Source: Kiritimatiellaceae bacterium (GTDB lineage: Bacteria > Verrucomicrobiota > Kiritimatiellia > Kiritimatiellales > Tichowtungiaceae). Taken from it: a stretch of DNA of 32,000 bases. Both the position numbers and the translations under genes were made by a program. This document shows positions 7,699-16,870 of the stretch, piece by piece; the first letter of the stretch is position 1; every line of letters starts with the position of its first letter. Under the pieces are notes generated by a model. It was not told the origin of the DNA. It saw only the letters and a program-made list of their open reading frames with translations, and did not search any database. Where the stretch lies: positions 239,729 through 271,728 of the forward strand of contig JABFQY010000003.1 of the NCBI GenBank assembly GCA_013141415.1, given 5' to 3'.

Positions 7699-9078
7699 AT
7701 GCGCATGAGAAAAGAAAAGGATTCCCTCGGCGAACTGAATGTACCGGACGATGCGCTGTACGGCGTACACACCTGCCGGTCGATTGAAAATTTCCACATG
7801 GCGGGCGAAAAACTTCCGCTGGAACTGATTTATGCCATCGTTCAGCTTAAACAAGCCTGCGCCGCCGCCAACGCCCAGCTGGGTCTGCTTCCGCACGAAA
7901 AGGCCGTTGCCATCGCCGCTGCCTGCGGCGAAGTGCTGAGCGGCAAGTTTAACGACCAGTTTCCGATCGATGTTTTTCAGGCCGGCTCCGGTACGTCGAG
8001 TAACATGAACGTCAACGAGGTGCTGGGCAATCTGGCCGCTGAAGCGCTCGGCGGAAAGCGCGGCGACCGCAAGACGGTTCATCCGAACGACGACGTCAAT
8101 ATGGGCGAGTCCACCAACAATGTTTTCCCGTCGGCGATCCGCGTCGCGGCAGTTGAACTGTCCGGCCTTCTTTTCCAAACTCTGGAAGGTCTGATTGCGT
8201 CGCTGGATAAAAAGGCTGACGAATTTTCCAATGTCTGGAAAACCGGCCGGACGCACTTGCAGGACGCGGTTCCGATGACGCTGGGTCAGGAATTCGCCGC
8301 CTGGGCGAATGCGCTGCGCAAAGCGGAACGCCGCGTCGCCTGCGCCTGTATGGATTTGATGGAACTGGGAATCGGCGGCAATGCCATCGGCACCGGCGTG
8401 AACACGCCCGCCGCATTCCGCGGTGAAATCATCAGGGCACTGAATCAGGCGACCGGACAGGAATACCGCGCCGCGACGAACGGCATTGAGATTACGCAGT
8501 TTCTTTCCGACCTCGGCGCGTTTTCCGGCGCGCTGAAAATGCTGGCGCTCGACATCAATAAAATCGTTAACGACTTGCGCCTGCTCGCTTCCGGCCCGAA
8601 TACCGGCTTCGGCGAAATTCTGCTTCCGCCGGTCGAGCCGGGTTCATCCATTATGCCGGGCAAGATCAATCCGAGCATCTGCGAAGCCGCCAATATGGCC
8701 TGCCTGCAAGTCGTCGGCAACGACGCGGCGGTCTCGATGGGCTGCGCGGCCGGTCAGCTGGAGCTGAACACGCATATGCCGCTGGTCGGCACCAATATCG
8801 TTAAGTCGCTCCGGATTCTGACGAAGGCCTGCGACGCGCTGGATAAAAAGTGCGTACGCGGCATCACCGCCAACGAAGCGGTTTGCCGGAAATATTTTGA
8901 GAACAGCGCCGGATTGCCGACGATTTTGAACCCGGTGCTGGGCTACGACAACGTCGCCGAACTGGTGAAAGAAAGTCTCAAGACCGGCAAGACGCTGGCG
9001 GAACTGGTGCGCGAGAAAAAGCTGATGCCGGAAAAAGAGTTCGCCGCCCTGCTAGCCCGATCTAACCGTGCTGGCTAA
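7699..9078 (+). CDS. aspA: Aspartate ammonia-lyase / class II fumarase superfamily lyase (AspA-like).
   Basis: Signature GSSIMPGKINP. The N-terminus (LYGVHTCRSIENF), GRTHLQDAVPMTLGQEF and GQLELN resemble aspartases (E. coli AspA, Bacillus AspB) more than FumC. Superfamily assignment is very confident; the aspartase versus fumarase call is moderate. Confidence 0.65.
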   Translation: MRMRKEKDSLGELNVPDDALYGVHTCRSIENFHMAGEKLPLELIYAIVQLKQACAAANAQLGLLPHEKAVAIAAACGEVLSGKFNDQFPIDVFQAGSGTSSNMNVNEVLGNLAAEALGGKRGDRKTVHPNDDVNMGESTNNVFPSAIRVAAVELSGLLFQTLEGLIASLDKKADEFSNVWKTGRTHLQDAVPMTLGQEFAAWANALRKAERRVACACMDLMELGIGGNAIGTGVNTPAAFRGEIIRALNQATGQEYRAATNGIEITQFLSDLGAFSGALKMLALDINKIVNDLRLLASGPNTGFGEILLPPVEPGSSIMPGKINPSICEAANMACLQVVGNDAAVSMGCAAGQLELNTHMPLVGTNIVKSLRILTKACDALDKKCVRGITANEAVCRKYFENSAGLPTILNPVLGYDNVAELVKESLKTGKTLAELVREKKLMPEKEFAALLARSNRAG

Positions 9079-9129
9079 ATCAAAAAATTGCGGCCGCGTC
9101 TTTTGGATGGTCGCCGGCCTGACGACCAC

Positions 9130-9149
9130 GGACAGCGAGGCCGCTGTCC
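9130..9149 (+). terminator. Hairpin downstream of the aspA-like gene; weak terminator candidate.
   Basis: GGACAGCG / AGGC / CGCTGTCC gives an 8-bp perfect stem, preceded by a smaller GGTCG...CGACC hairpin (9109-9127). No clear U-tract follows. Confidence 0.3.
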
Positions 9150-9347
9150 CTCCATTTCTATCCAGCTCATAGCCTCACCATTTCAAACTCCGGGTGGGTC
9201 TGAATTGGCGCGGAGCGCAGCGGGTTTCTGAGCGCTTAGAAATTATTCATTCGGGTTTTCATGCAATAAATTAGATTGGTAATGCGTTTGTGGCACCTGT
9301 AGAGTCCGCGCCCGACCTCAGTTAGATCAACCATCCGGAGAGTACTT

Positions 9348-12068
9348 ATGTCCCTACGAATGCACCATGATGACCGTCTGTTGTTCGTTTCTTTGCTTTT
9401 CCTGTTCTCAATGGCCTCCGGTCTCCGTGCCGGCCCGCAATCTCCGGCCCAGTTTGAGGTCGGCACAAAGGTTTCTGTACCGGCAGACCGAATGATGCCG
9501 ATCGGGTTTATGAGTTTTTGCGAGCCGACTGGTGCGCTGAAGATACAAAACAATACGATTTTCGATTTCGCCGGCAATGAACCCGGTTTTCATCATGCCT
9601 TTGGTCTGGCCAAGGAAACCGTAGAGAGCGGTAAACGGGTGCGTTTAGACGGTGGGATGCTGAACCGGACGGCGAATTATTATAACGGCTGCTGGGCTCG
9701 CATCTACCGCATTGTGAACAAACAAGGTCAGTCGTTGCCACCGTCTACCAAGCAGAGCACAGATGGATCTTACTACCTTGACTTAAAGGATGCAGATCGC
9801 GTTGTATTCGTTGGCAGACGGCAAATTTTACCCCAAAACGGCTACGTTATTGAATCGAAGTCAAAGCCGTTCGTATCTGCTTTTCACTTTGCTGACGGCC
9901 CGGAGATTAAGCTCTGGGACGGTGTTTTTATCGAAAAAGTAGCTGATGCGAGTCCGTTGACGGATACACAGGACGGCGGTGAACATGTTTTCGTAAAAGA
10001 TGTTGGAGAAAAGAGCGACTGGAGCCCGCTCGATAAAACCGACGCAGAAACACTGCGCATCGACATTGTATCGCATAGCGGCAAGCTCCCGGAAGGAGTC
10101 GATTTCGGCAAGGGTTGCCTGCGTGTGGCGATGACAAACGGGGAACACGGCATTAAGCAGACGCTCTTTGCCGGTATAGACGACAACTGGTACGGGCAGT
10201 TGTATCCCGGCCAGAAATACCGGCTTGAAGTATGGATGAAACAAACCGGTCTCGCCGACGGCGGTACGATTCGCTTCGGCATGGCGGGGAAAATGTATCC
10301 GGATGTGAAAACGGAATTCACCGTGACCGGAGAATGGAAAAAATACACCTACGACTTCATCGGCCCGGAATTCCCCGGGAAAAAAGAGCAGCCCGATGGC
10401 CCGGCGTTCCGGGCCACAGGACCGGGAACCTTGTGGATGGATAATGCCCGCATATTTGCCTGGTATGAACCGGCGGATTTAGAAAAACCGTTTGTGCCGG
10501 TTCGTCAGCTCGTGGAAGAAATGCGCAACTCCCAGCCAGCCACGGGCGTAAAGGGGTTTATCCGGGGCTGGGCCGCCCAACCGTCGCGTTCAATGGACTC
10601 GATCCTTAGCTATTACACGAGCGGATACCCCACCGTTCCTGTCATGAAGTTCATGAAAGAGGAAACGATTCCGGTACATCTAGCCTACTGCGAAGCAACC
10701 GGCATGAATCCATGGATTACAGTTAATGTGTTTTATACCGAAGAGGACTGGCTGGCTTTATTTGAATATCTCGCCGCGCCGTATGATCCGGCCAAGGATA
10801 CGCCAAAGAGTAAGCCATGGGCTTACCGCCGTACACAGCATCGCGGAAATAATACACCGTGGGTCGATACGTTTGACAAAATCCTTTTCGAACTCGGTAA
10901 TGAAAACTGGCACAATCGGGCCAATCCGGAATGGGTTGGATTCGGCCGAGCGGGCTGGGTACATAGCGAAGGATTGCAATACGGCCTGTTTGGAAAATAT
11001 ATGTTTTCGACCGTTACCGAACAATCGCCGTGGTGGAAAACAACCGGACTGGAAAAGAAAGTTATTTTCAATCTGGGCGGTAATTATTCCGCCGCGTTGG
11101 ATAATAACGGGAACCCGTCCGGCTATGGTCCGGATTCTATGCGCGGCGGCTGGCCGATCTCGAAGATGAGCAGTATGGCGCTTTACGTCGGCCCGAAATG
11201 GGAAATGAAGGAGATATCTGAGTCGAGCGCCAGCGATGAAGTGTATCAAAAAACTCTCCTAGCCTATCAAATGGGCATGCGTGAAAACGTGCTGAACACG
11301 GCCAAGGCCAGAGGAAAAATGAAAGAGCTGGGGTTTGATTATGACCTCGTCTCCTATGAAGGCGGCCCGGCGGGATATGGCGGGGGAACAACTAAACCGA
11401 CTCCTGAAGAAAAGAACACCGTCCTTGCTCTAGGCCATTCACTTGCCATGGGTCTGACTGCCATGGATTGCTGGCTGGATGCCTACCGCTACGGCTGGGT
11501 CGCACACTGTCTTTACGCCTCAAAACAGGGCGATGCGTGGTCTAATCACACCATGATGGGCAACGGCTTTCGGCCGACTCCGGCATGGCAGGCGATGACG
11601 CTCAGTAATCATGAATTGCGCGGCGACATGATGGATGTCAAAGACAAGAACGTTCCGACTCTAACCAGACAGGTGTTAGACAAAAAAGGAATTCCTACCA
11701 AAGACGGAAAAACCATGGATTATCCACTGGTGCGTTGCTATCCGTTCCAGCAGGGCGACCGCTGGGCCGTAACGCTTCTCTCGCTGAAGATGCCGGGTCA
11801 ACATGACGGAATGGATTTCGGCAACGGCAGCACACCGTGCAGCATCGCCCTGCCCTTCCAGAAAGCAGCAAAGATTAGTCTTGTCAAATTGCAGGGAAAT
11901 CCCCGGGACACGAACGATCAGGAGTTGAAGGTGAAGCCGGAACGCATTGAACTACCTGCGTCGGTATTGCAAGGCGGAGTTCTGACGGTCAATACCGCCA
12001 GCGGCAGTACACTGGACGGGCTTCCTTGCGGCAGCATGTATGTCTATGTCTTTGAAGGCGTAAAATAA
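9348..12068 (+). CDS. Secreted 906-aa putative glycoside hydrolase with a CBM4/9-like module followed by a clan GH-A-like (beta/alpha)8 domain.
   Basis: GGAGAG Shine-Dalgarno and a hydrophobic signal sequence (LLFVSLLFLFSMASGLRA). CBM-like segment: GKGCLRVAMTNGEHGIKQTLF...YRLEVWMKQ...WKKYTYDF. Catalytic-domain-like layout: MNPWITVN...EEDWLALFEYLAAP...ILFELGNENWH, which looks like an acid/base NE motif as in GH51/GH79-type enzymes. A later SYEGGP is a possible nucleophile region. Confidence 0.5.
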   Translation: MSLRMHHDDRLLFVSLLFLFSMASGLRAGPQSPAQFEVGTKVSVPADRMMPIGFMSFCEPTGALKIQNNTIFDFAGNEPGFHHAFGLAKETVESGKRVRLDGGMLNRTANYYNGCWARIYRIVNKQGQSLPPSTKQSTDGSYYLDLKDADRVVFVGRRQILPQNGYVIESKSKPFVSAFHFADGPEIKLWDGVFIEKVADASPLTDTQDGGEHVFVKDVGEKSDWSPLDKTDAETLRIDIVSHSGKLPEGVDFGKGCLRVAMTNGEHGIKQTLFAGIDDNWYGQLYPGQKYRLEVWMKQTGLADGGTIRFGMAGKMYPDVKTEFTVTGEWKKYTYDFIGPEFPGKKEQPDGPAFRATGPGTLWMDNARIFAWYEPADLEKPFVPVRQLVEEMRNSQPATGVKGFIRGWAAQPSRSMDSILSYYTSGYPTVPVMKFMKEETIPVHLAYCEATGMNPWITVNVFYTEEDWLALFEYLAAPYDPAKDTPKSKPWAYRRTQHRGNNTPWVDTFDKILFELGNENWHNRANPEWVGFGRAGWVHSEGLQYGLFGKYMFSTVTEQSPWWKTTGLEKKVIFNLGGNYSAALDNNGNPSGYGPDSMRGGWPISKMSSMALYVGPKWEMKEISESSASDEVYQKTLLAYQMGMRENVLNTAKARGKMKELGFDYDLVSYEGGPAGYGGGTTKPTPEEKNTVLALGHSLAMGLTAMDCWLDAYRYGWVAHCLYASKQGDAWSNHTMMGNGFRPTPAWQAMTLSNHELRGDMMDVKDKNVPTLTRQVLDKKGIPTKDGKTMDYPLVRCYPFQQGDRWAVTLLSLKMPGQHDGMDFGNGSTPCSIALPFQKAAKISLVKLQGNPRDTNDQELKVKPERIELPASVLQGGVLTVNTASGSTLDGLPCGSMYVYVFEGVK

Positions 12069-12079
12069 AAAGGCGCGGT

Positions 12080-13627
12080 ATGAAACATTGCGACTTTATG
12101 CGAGGTCTGATTGTTGGCGCCGGAGCACTGGTTATTCCACAGTTATCCACGGCCAGCTCGAACCAAAAACCGCCGAACATCATGATCATCGTGGCCGATG
12201 ATATGGGATTCTCGGATCTCGGCTGTTACGGCGGAGAAATTTCAACGCCGAATCTGGATCGGCTGGCCGCCAACGGCCTGCGGTTCACGCAGTTTTATAA
12301 CACCGCCCGGTGCTGGCCGACCCGCTCCAGCATTATGACCGGCTACTATGCCCAGCAGGTCGGAATGGATCCTTCATACGGCCAGTTCCCGGCGTGGGCG
12401 CGCCTGATACCGCAACAGCTTCAGACAGCAGGCTATCGAAACTATCACTCCGGAAAGTGGCATATATTTAACGCCAAAAATCCGGTTAATGACGGCGGCT
12501 TCGACCTGAGCGGCGGTGCATGGATTTCCACAAACCATGGCTCCGACACCATCGCCGAACATGCCATCGAGTGCTTGAAAGATCACGCATCCAAACATGC
12601 GGATGCACCCTTCTTTTCATACGTCTGCTTTACCGCTCCGCACTTCCCTCTGCTGGCAAGCCAGGAGGATATCGCGAAATACAAAGACGTTTACAAAGAA
12701 GGATGGGATGTAATCCGTGAACGCCGCTGGCAGAAACAGCTACAGCTCGGCATTGTAAACTGTGCGCTGTCCACACCTGAAAAAGACCTCCTCCCGCCAG
12801 GATTTAATCCAAGCTGTCTCAAGACCTACGGTCCGGGTGAGATTGAACACGCCGTTCCATGGAACGATCTGACTGACAAACAGAAAGAGTTTCAGGCCAT
12901 GAAGATGTCGATTCATGCCGCGTCGATAGATCGGATGGATCGCGAGATCGGACGGATTCTTGACCAGCTTACTGCAATGAAAGCTCTGGATAACACACTG
13001 ATTTTCTTTCTGTCAGACAACGGCGCCAGCGCGGAAATGATGATCCGTGCCGGCGGGCACAATCCATCTGCCGCGCCTGGTTCTCAGGAAACCTTTCTAT
13101 GTCTCGGCCCGGGCTGGTCAACCTGCGCGAATACGCCGTTCCGCCGTCATAAAATCTGGGTTCATGAGGGCGGCATCTCTACACCGCTGATTGCGCACTG
13201 GCCGAACGGTATCGCCGCCCGCGGTGAGTTGCGGCGCGACATCGGACATTGCGTGGATTTTGCGCCAACGGTTTACGATGCCGCTGGTTGCAACCCGGCT
13301 GATATCGGCGCGCCGCCGTTCCCCGGGCGCAGTCTGCTTCCGGCCTTTGCGCGAGATGGAAGCGTTACGCATGACTACCTGTTCTTCAAACATCAGGGCA
13401 ACTTCGCGTTACGAATCGGCGACTGGAAAGTTATCGAAACCGGTGGCGATAATTGGGAACTGTACGATCTGTCCAAGGATCGCTGCGAAATGGTTAATCT
13501 GGGCGGACAGCAACCGGATCGGCTGAGAGCCATGGTTCAACAGTGGAAGAAGCTGGATGCAGAATTTACCGCGCAGGCCGGAACGCCGCCACCAAAGAAA
13601 CCGGGCGCAAAGAAAAACGAGGAGTAG
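12080..13627 (+). CDS. Formylglycine-dependent (Cys-type) arylsulfatase, exported.
   Basis: PNIMIIVADDMGFSDLGCYGGEISTPNLDRLAANGLRF followed by the C-x-P-x-R core (ARCWPTRSSIMTG). LSDNGA and a hydrophobic N-terminal leader are also present. Confidence 0.9.
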   Translation: MKHCDFMRGLIVGAGALVIPQLSTASSNQKPPNIMIIVADDMGFSDLGCYGGEISTPNLDRLAANGLRFTQFYNTARCWPTRSSIMTGYYAQQVGMDPSYGQFPAWARLIPQQLQTAGYRNYHSGKWHIFNAKNPVNDGGFDLSGGAWISTNHGSDTIAEHAIECLKDHASKHADAPFFSYVCFTAPHFPLLASQEDIAKYKDVYKEGWDVIRERRWQKQLQLGIVNCALSTPEKDLLPPGFNPSCLKTYGPGEIEHAVPWNDLTDKQKEFQAMKMSIHAASIDRMDREIGRILDQLTAMKALDNTLIFFLSDNGASAEMMIRAGGHNPSAAPGSQETFLCLGPGWSTCANTPFRRHKIWVHEGGISTPLIAHWPNGIAARGELRRDIGHCVDFAPTVYDAAGCNPADIGAPPFPGRSLLPAFARDGSVTHDYLFFKHQGNFALRIGDWKVIETGGDNWELYDLSKDRCEMVNLGGQQPDRLRAMVQQWKKLDAEFTAQAGTPPPKKPGAKKNEE

Positions 13628-13688
13628 TCAAATAGGCCTCTAAGCAAATAGTTTGACACTTAGCCAAACGACTAAGTATAAGGGTGGT
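13628..13688 (+). promoter_or_regulatory. Candidate ars promoter with an ArsR operator-like palindrome.
   Basis: TTGACA at 13653-13658 and TATAAG at 13677-13682, with an 18-nt spacer. An imperfect palindrome CTAAGCAAATAGTTTGACACTTAG (13640-13663) overlaps the -35. CAAATAG is also directly repeated at 13629 and 13645. The -10 is very close to the ATG at 13689, so the spacing is uncertain. Confidence 0.35.
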
Positions 13689-14015
13689 ATGAATACACCC
13701 TTGGATGTCATGAAAGCCCTTTCTGACCGCAACCGTCTCCGGGTCGTTGCGGCGCTGATGAATCACGAAGAACTCTGCGCCTGCCACATCATCGAACTCC
13801 TGAAGGTGACCGGTGCCACGGCATCGCGTCACATGGGACTGCTGATCCAATCCGGTCTGGTTCAAAGCCGCAAGGCCGGAAGGTGGGTTCATTACCGGCT
13901 GACCGCCGACTTCCCTGCCCCGCTTTTCCAATGGCTAAAAACCGAATTGCAAAACGATCCCGGCATCAAAGCAGACCGCCGGGCGCTGATCAAAATCACC
14001 GCCTGCAAACATTAA
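13689..14015 (+). CDS. arsR: ArsR/SmtB-family metalloregulatory repressor.
   Basis: LSDRNRLRVVAALMNHEELCACHIIELLKVTGATASRHMGLLIQSGLV is a winged HTH with the ELC-x-C As(III)-site motif. The ATG at 13689 is preceded by AAGGGTGG. Confidence 0.9.
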   Translation: MNTPLDVMKALSDRNRLRVVAALMNHEELCACHIIELLKVTGATASRHMGLLIQSGLVQSRKAGRWVHYRLTADFPAPLFQWLKTELQNDPGIKADRRALIKITACKH

Positions 14016-14026
14016 AAAGGGTGAAT

Positions 14027-15043
14027 GTGAACGTCTGGAGGAACTATCTGGCTTGGAGTATCGCAGGAATCGCGGCTTGGTGGCTGGCATACCAAAGTCT
14101 GGCGCCGCTCGCGGCGTGGTTCACCTATTCACTGCTCGGCATGGCGCACGGCTCGCGTCTCGCCGCCGCGGTGGAGTTTTTCGTTTATGAAGCGCCGAAG
14201 GTTTTGATGCTGCTGGTGCTGGTCGTGTTCGGCGTCGGTATTGTGCGCTCATTTTTTACGCCGGAACGGACGCGGCGGATTCTTTCCGGTAAACGCGAGG
14301 TTACCGGCAATGTGCTGGCCGCACTGCTGGGCATTGTCACGCCGTTCTGTTCCTGTTCGGCGGTGCCGCTGTTTATCGGCTTTGTCACCACCGGCGTGCC
14401 GCTGGGGGTGACACTTTCTTTTCTGATTTCGGCGCCAATGGTGAATGAAATCGCGCTGGTTCTGCTGTTTGGACTGTTCGGCTGGAAGGTCGCGGCGATC
14501 TATCTGGCAACCGGCGTGGGCATCGCGATAGTTTCCGGCTGGGTGATCGGGCGGTTGCGGTTGGAAAAATACGTCGAGGAGTGGGTTTACCAAACGCCAA
14601 CCGGAAGCGGTGCGGTGGATGCAGAACTGGATTGGCCTGCGCGCATCCGGCTCGGTCTTGATGCCGTCAAAGACATTGTGGGCCGCGTGTGGATTTATGT
14701 ACTGATCGGTATCGGCATCGGCGCGGGCATTCACGGCTACGTGCCGCAGAATTTTATGGCTTCCATCATGGGCAAATCGTGGTGGTCGGTGCCGCTGGCC
14801 GTACTCATCGGCGTGCCGATGTACTCAAATGCCGCCGGAATTATTCCGATTGTGCAGGCGCTGCTTGGCAAAGGTGCCGCGCTCGGAACCGTTCTGGCGT
14901 TTATGATGGCGGTAATCGGCCTTTCCCTTCCGGAGGCGATCATTCTCCGCAAGGTACTGAAGCCGCGACTGCTGGCGGTTTTCTTTGCGGTCGTGGCGGC
15001 GGGCATCATGCTCGTCGGCTATTTATTTAATCTCATCATGTAA
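14027..15043 (+). CDS. ArsP-like / PF03773-type permease (multi-TM, vicinal-Cys motif).
   Basis: Eight or more hydrophobic helices. The TPFCSCSAVPLFIGF motif is typical of the predicted-permease family that includes the organoarsenical efflux permease ArsP. GTG starts at 14021 or 14027 lie just after the arsR stop (14013-14015) and AAAAAGG. The longer ORF from 13883 overlaps arsR and is not credible. Confidence 0.7.
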   Translation: MNVWRNYLAWSIAGIAAWWLAYQSLAPLAAWFTYSLLGMAHGSRLAAAVEFFVYEAPKVLMLLVLVVFGVGIVRSFFTPERTRRILSGKREVTGNVLAALLGIVTPFCSCSAVPLFIGFVTTGVPLGVTLSFLISAPMVNEIALVLLFGLFGWKVAAIYLATGVGIAIVSGWVIGRLRLEKYVEEWVYQTPTGSGAVDAELDWPARIRLGLDAVKDIVGRVWIYVLIGIGIGAGIHGYVPQNFMASIMGKSWWSVPLAVLIGVPMYSNAAGIIPIVQALLGKGAALGTVLAFMMAVIGLSLPEAIILRKVLKPRLLAVFFAVVAAGIMLVGYLFNLIM

Positions 15044-15060
15044 GTGAAGGAGACCGAACC

Positions 15061-15291
15061 ATGAAGATTCAGATTTTAGGAACAGGCTGTCCGAAGTGTA
15101 AAAAACTCGCACAGCACGCCGAAGAGGCGGTCAAGGCGCTTGGCCTCGACGCAGAGATCGAAAAGGTCACGCAGATTAATGACATCTTGAAATTCGGCGT
15201 GATGAGTACTCCGGCGGTAGCGATCGATGGCGCAGTGAAGTCTGTAGGTAAATTACTATCGGTTGAAGAAATGAAAGGATTGCTGAAATGA
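15061..15291 (+). CDS. Small thioredoxin-fold protein (redox-active disulfide protein 2 type), 76 aa.
   Basis: MKIQILGTGCPKCKKL carries a CxxC at the N-terminus and matches the family in length and pattern. GAAGGAG Shine-Dalgarno. This family is classically found next to ArsR plus a PF03773 permease. Confidence 0.85.
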   Translation: MKIQILGTGCPKCKKLAQHAEEAVKALGLDAEIEKVTQINDILKFGVMSTPAVAIDGAVKSVGKLLSVEEMKGLLK

Positions 15292-15731
15292 AGATATGGC
15301 AGAAACTTTTGATTGTGATCGCACTGATCGGCGCGGTGGCCTTTGTGATAGAACACAAAAAACAGCAAGGCTTTTCCTGCGCGGGCGGTGTTTGCACCCC
15401 GCCGCCGCGCGATGCCGCTAAACCGGTCGCCGCAGAAACTTCGGCACAAAAACCCCTGCCCCGCCTCGTTGATCTGGGCGCCGGTCAATGCGTTCCCTGT
15501 AAAATGATGGTGCCGATCCTTGATGAACTGAAAACAACCTTCGCCGGAAAGCTGGAGGTCGTATTCATTGACGTCTGGGAAAATAAGCAGGCCGGTGAAC
15601 AATACGGCATCCGCATGATCCCGACGCAGATTTTCTATGATGCCGGCGGCAAGGAACTCTTCCGCCACGAAGGTTTCTTTTCCAAAGAAGACATCCTCGC
15701 CAAGTGGAAAGAACTGGGAGTCAGTCTATGA
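15288..15731 (+). CDS. Membrane-anchored thioredoxin-like protein (TlpA/thioredoxin family).
   Basis: N-terminal TM helix (LLIVIALIGAVAFVI). The thioredoxin domain has CVPC in GAGQCVPCKMMVPILDEL, then IPTQIFY. ATGA overlap with the upstream gene. Confidence 0.8.
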   Translation: MKIWQKLLIVIALIGAVAFVIEHKKQQGFSCAGGVCTPPPRDAAKPVAAETSAQKPLPRLVDLGAGQCVPCKMMVPILDELKTTFAGKLEVVFIDVWENKQAGEQYGIRMIPTQIFYDAGGKELFRHEGFFSKEDILAKWKELGVSL

Positions 15732-16426
15732 ACGAATTATTTAATCAGTTGACCCGTGCCGTCGAAGGCTCGCCGTTGATTGCGCTGAGCGCCGCGCTGA
15801 TCTGGGGCATTCTAAGTGTTCTGCTCAGTCCCTGCCATCTCGCGTCCATTCCACTGATTGTCGGCTTCATTAACGGGCAAGGGCGTATTTCCACCAGGCG
15901 GGCCTTTTCAATTTCCCTGTTGTTTGCCGCCGGCATACTGGTAACCATCACAATCATCGGCGGACTGACCGCCGCCGCCGGACGGATTATGGGAAACATC
16001 GGGCCGTATGCAAATTATGGTATCGCCGTTGTTTTCTTTGCCGTCGGCCTGCACATGCTGGGCGTAATTTCAATGCCGGGAAGCGGCCCCGGTCAGGTCA
16101 AAACGAAACAGCGCGGTGCGCTGGCGGCTTTTGTCCTCGGACTGCTCTTCGGCATTGCGCTCGGCCCCTGCATTTTTGCTTTTATGGCACCGCTGCTCGG
16201 CCTCGTCTTTAAGACCGGAGCCGAAAGGCCGGTTTATGCAGCAAGCCTCCTGCTCCTTTACGGTGTCGGGTATTGCTCCGTTATTGTATTGGCCGGAACC
16301 TTCACGGAAGTCGTTCAGCACTATTTAAACTGGAGCGAAAAATCAAAGGGTTCGCTCATCCTGAAAAAAATCTGCGGCCTGCTGGTACTGCTGGGCGGCC
16401 TCTACTTGATTTATACCGCCGGTTAA
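15728..16426 (+). CDS. ccdA: CcdA/DsbD-type transmembrane thiol-disulfide electron transporter.
   Basis: Six hydrophobic helices with Cys in TM1 (LLSPCHLASIPL) and TM4 (GIALGPCIFAFMAPL), as in CcdA/DsbD-beta. ATGA overlap with the upstream thioredoxin gene. Confidence 0.8.
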   Translation: MNELFNQLTRAVEGSPLIALSAALIWGILSVLLSPCHLASIPLIVGFINGQGRISTRRAFSISLLFAAGILVTITIIGGLTAAAGRIMGNIGPYANYGIAVVFFAVGLHMLGVISMPGSGPGQVKTKQRGALAAFVLGLLFGIALGPCIFAFMAPLLGLVFKTGAERPVYAASLLLLYGVGYCSVIVLAGTFTEVVQHYLNWSEKSKGSLILKKICGLLVLLGGLYLIYTAG

Positions 16427-16438
16427 ACGGAGCGAGTC

Positions 16439-16870
16439 ATGAAAAAACTAAAGATACTTTTCCTATGCACCGGCAACTCCTGCCGGAGTCAGATGGCCGA
16501 AGGCTGGGCGCGGGCGCTGAAAAGCGATGTGATCGAGGCCTGGTCGGCCGGTATCGAAACCCATGGACTCAATCCGAATGCCGTCAAGGTTATGGCTGAG
16601 GCGGGCGTGGATATTTCCGGACACAAATCGGAAAACGTGGCCGACCTGCTGCACATTCCGTTCGATTATGTCATCACCGTCTGCGGCCACGCCAACGAGC
16701 ACTGCCCGCTCTTTCCCGGTAAAGCAAAAGTCATTCACGTCGGATTTGATGATCCGCCGAAACTCGCCGCGCAGGTAACCGGAGAAGAAGAAAAACTGAA
16801 CTGCTACTGCCGTGTGCGGGATGAAATTAAAGCATTTATTAAAACCCTGCCGGAAGGATTGGAAAAATGA
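16439..16870 (+). CDS. arsC: Arsenate reductase, LMW-PTPase family (thioredoxin-coupled type).
   Basis: [19 protein letters not shown] contains the C-X5-R P-loop. The downstream Cys pair ([13 protein letters not shown]) is typical of Trx-coupled ArsC. Confidence 0.9.
   Translation: MKKLKILFLCTGNSCRSQMAEGWARALKSDVIEAWSAGIETHGLNPNAVKVMAEAGVDISGHKSENVADLLHIPFDYVITVCGHANEHCPLFPGKAKVIHVGFDDPPKLAAQVTGEEEKLNCYCRVRDEIKAFIKTLPEGLEK

Noticed and set aside
9079-9347. The 270-bp aspA / GH intergenic region as a possible small RNA gene (SRP, 6S, riboswitch).
   Set aside because: It contains only generic GC hairpins. I saw no SRP-type GGAAGCAGCC motif or other recognisable conserved core on either strand. 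Apart from a possible terminator hairpin it is left unannotated.
13883-14020. A 46-codon N-terminal extension of the permease ORF overlapping arsR.
   Set aside because: The extension is Arg/Pro-rich, lies in an alternative frame of a well-supported arsR and has no RBS. The GTG codons at 14021 and 14027, directly after the arsR stop and an AAAAAGG motif, give a protein that starts at its first TM helix.
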